From: a virus | Taxonomy: Duplodnaviria; Caudoviricetes | Virus record (IMG/VR): IMGVR_UViG_3300031951_001150 | Coordinates: 1 to 24,679 of that record | DNA: 24,679 nt | Strand: one strand, 5' to 3' | In this document: piece by piece, positions 22,708-24,679 of the stretch | How the letters are laid out: the number at the start of each line of letters is the position of its first letter | Position numbering within the stretch: the stretch's first letter is position 1 | Notes under the pieces: model-generated | The model's database searches: none | Told to the model about the DNA's origin: nothing | Seen by the model: only the letters and a program-made list of their open reading frames with translations | Translations under genes and position numbers: made by a program

Positions 22708-24057
22708 ATGGCAACTATTTCAAACCTTCCATTAAGTCAATCTTTATTGCTTAAAGGACTTTCATTGCCTAACAAAATGGCAATGGTTTATAGCCAAGAC
22801 TTCGGCTATAACGTCTTGACCCAGTTGACTTCTAAATTGGCGAGTTCTATCTCTAGCCCACAGGCAAAAGTAGAAATCTCTTCTTTGGGAAACTTGGGTG
22901 TTTACTCTAAAATTACTGCCAACGGTGCAATTGTTACTGGTACATCTTTGATGTCTGTACCTGTACAAGATGCAAGCAAATTCCGTATTGGTGATATCGT
23001 TGCTGATGGTAACTTGGTTCAAGCGTTGGTTACTGATGTGGATTTTTCTGGTAACAAAATTTTTGTTGCTCCTCACACAACTGCAACTTTGACTGCTGGT
23101 ACCCACTTTGTGGCTAACACTCAGGCTAAGCGTTTCTTTGATGCTTCTGCTAACCGTAGCTCAACTGGTAAAACCACTTTGAACTACACACCTGATACCG
23201 ACTTTGCTTTGACTGCGGTAACTCGTGAAAGTTCACACCAATCTCGTAGAGATCGTATCGCTTCTTTCGTGAAGTGGAATGGCGATTTCTGGTGGAGGTC
23301 TTATGACGATTTGACTTTGAAGGCTTTCGCTAAACAGTTGGAGTATAAATATGCTTTCTCTGAGCGTGCTATCAAAACTGGACCTAATGGTGAATACTTC
23401 ACTACTGGTGGTTTGCGTTGGTCAATCATCAACAACGGTGGTTCTTATATGTCTTTGACTTCTGAGTTGACTCAGTCTGTATTCAACGACTTCTTGGAGC
23501 AAATGGTTCGTGTATCTGCTGAAGGTGGACGTAAATTGGTTGCTTTGATGGGATCTGCTGCTATGGCTCGTTTGCAAACTATCTTGGGTGACTACATTAA
23601 GTTCGCTGGTACTGCTAACACCTTGGGTGGAACTTCAGTAACTGGTTTGAACGTAATGAAGTATGCTTACGCTGGTTTGGAAATCGAATTCGTTCGTTGG
23701 TCTTTGTTGGATGACGAGATGTTCCGTGGTGAATTGTCTGCCGTTAACGGTAAGCCTCGTATGAGTAACTCTATTTACTTCATCGACTTGACTCCTATCC
23801 CTGCTGCTGATGGTTCTGGAACTATTGCTGCTCTTCAGAAATACCACTTCAACCAAGATGAGTTGCTTGCCAACTACGTTCCTGGTATGATTGGTTTGGA
23901 GTCTAGCGATCCTTCAACCATTAAGGCTGCTTTGAGCGGTGGTCAGTCTGTATCTTTGGGTACTTCTGATGTTGACGGAGTTGACTTCCACATTCTTTCT
24001 GACTGTGGTTTGTATTGTGTTGCAGACAAAATGGGTCTGATTGAATTTGCAATCTAA
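22708..24057 (+). CDS. Major capsid protein, 449 aa
   Basis: Position; strong high-expression codon bias (GCT/ACT/GGT/TTG); TGGLR..I and LT...FNDFL motifs like SU10/DUF5309-type capsids. Confidence 0.88.
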   Translation: MATISNLPLSQSLLLKGLSLPNKMAMVYSQDFGYNVLTQLTSKLASSISSPQAKVEISSLGNLGVYSKITANGAIVTGTSLMSVPVQDASKFRIGDIVADGNLVQALVTDVDFSGNKIFVAPHTTATLTAGTHFVANTQAKRFFDASANRSSTGKTTLNYTPDTDFALTAVTRESSHQSRRDRIASFVKWNGDFWWRSYDDLTLKAFAKQLEYKYAFSERAIKTGPNGEYFTTGGLRWSIINNGGSYMSLTSELTQSVFNDFLEQMVRVSAEGGRKLVALMGSAAMARLQTILGDYIKFAGTANTLGGTSVTGLNVMKYAYAGLEIEFVRWSLLDDEMFRGELSAVNGKPRMSNSIYFIDLTPIPAADGSGTIAALQKYHFNQDELLANYVPGMIGLESSDPSTIKAALSGGQSVSLGTSDVDGVDFHILSDCGLYCVADKMGLIEFAI

Positions 24058-24073
24058 TTAATTATTTACTAAG

Positions 24074-24679
24074 ATGTCAATTGCTGTTAAACAATTCGTA
24101 ATAGGTCCTGCCGCCAGTGCTACTGCTGCCGGTGATGTGGCCGCTTCTGCTGGTGTAATGCGTTTCGATTTGGCTGATACAAACGTAACAGGTGTTGTGC
24201 CTGTGAATTTGAGAAGCTATCCTCTCGTATTGGCTAGTGTTTCTGGTGGTATGTATCAGGCAGGTGCTGCTGAAGTTTTGCGTGTAATTACTATTACACC
24301 AACTGCTGCAAACTCTACTGATTATCGTGTCGTATTGAGTGCTGAGAAAGGTCAAACTTTCAACAACAACTTGCCTCAGGAAGTGCAGAATGTGTTTTAC
24401 CACACTACTCCTGTTTCAGGTGGAACTGCTACCACTATTTGTGATGCGTTCCGTGCTGCTATCAACGCACATCCTTACTGGAACACTCGTGTTGTTGCTT
24501 CTGGTACCACTACTTTGATCATCACCGCTAAAGCTGGTTTCCCTATCTTTAGTGCCGCTGGTGGTCCTTTGTTGGCTACTGTGGTTACTACTGCTGGTTC
24601 TCCTTCAGTTGGTATTGGTGCTACTTTGCTTGCAACTGGTACTTTCCCAACTGTTGATGACGGAAATGGTCTTCCTGTA
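24074..24679 (+). CDS. Auxiliary capsid/decoration structural protein, truncated at the window edge (MSIAVKQFVIGPAASATAAG...)
   Basis: Translated by hand and open to the window end; Ala/Thr/Gly-rich with the same codon bias as the capsid gene. Absent from the ORF track because it has no stop in the window. Confidence 0.8.
   Translation, partial: MSIAVKQFVIGPAASATAAGDVAASAGVMRFDLADTNVTGVVPVNLRSYPLVLASVSGGMYQAGAAEVLRVITITPTAANSTDYRVVLSAEKGQTFNNNLPQEVQNVFYHTTPVSGGTATTICDAFRAAINAHPYWNTRVVASGTTTLIITAKAGFPIFSAAGGPLLATVVTTAGSPSVGIGATLLATGTFPTVDDGNGLPV

Noticed and set aside
19461-24057. Stop-codon reassignment as in some crAss-like phages
   Set aside because: Long genes are intact under the standard code, TAG and TGA end genes at sensible places, and the only tRNA is Thr(UGU), not a suppressor.
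19665-24403. Minus-strand ORFs within the head module, and the 24077..24403 ORF
   Set aside because: They are antisense shadows. The real gene after the capsid is the plus-strand frame from 24074.

Overview
Segment of a tailed dsDNA phage genome, probably a crAss-like-related podovirus. The host is most likely a Bacteroidota: at least six promoters match the TTTG-N19-21-TAnnTTTG consensus and Shine-Dalgarno sequences are almost absent. The standard genetic code fits. Layout: (1) 1-11972, a leftward operon of about 40 small, tightly coupled early/accessory genes, including a serine recombinase, a GH73 glucosaminidase, a stand-alone DnaA-domain-IV protein, two minimal C5-methyltransferase-like proteins, a YubB/DUF1281-like protein, two FlbD-like paralogs and a Cys-rich Gp88/radical-SAM-like protein. 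(2) 11973-13755, a 1.8-kb non-coding region with a structured ~460-nt leader carrying tRNA-like acceptor/T-arm minihelices, five IHF-like dyads, three Fur-box-like palindromes, purine-pyrimidine tracts, G-runs and a mosaic of short palindromes; it may be the genome terminus. (3) 13756-18098, a leftward recombination/modification operon: SSB-like protein, YqaJ exonuclease, HNH-like nuclease, an overprinted two-frame C5 methyltransferase with tandem variable modules, tRNA-Thr(UGU) and GroES. (4) 18176-end, rightward HTH regulators, RusA, portal, scaffold, major capsid and a truncated auxiliary capsid gene. The most unusual items are the dual-frame modular methyltransferase, the CCA-ending tRNA-like minihelices and the operator-like site arrays. 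All family calls are by eye from remembered motifs, not from database searches.
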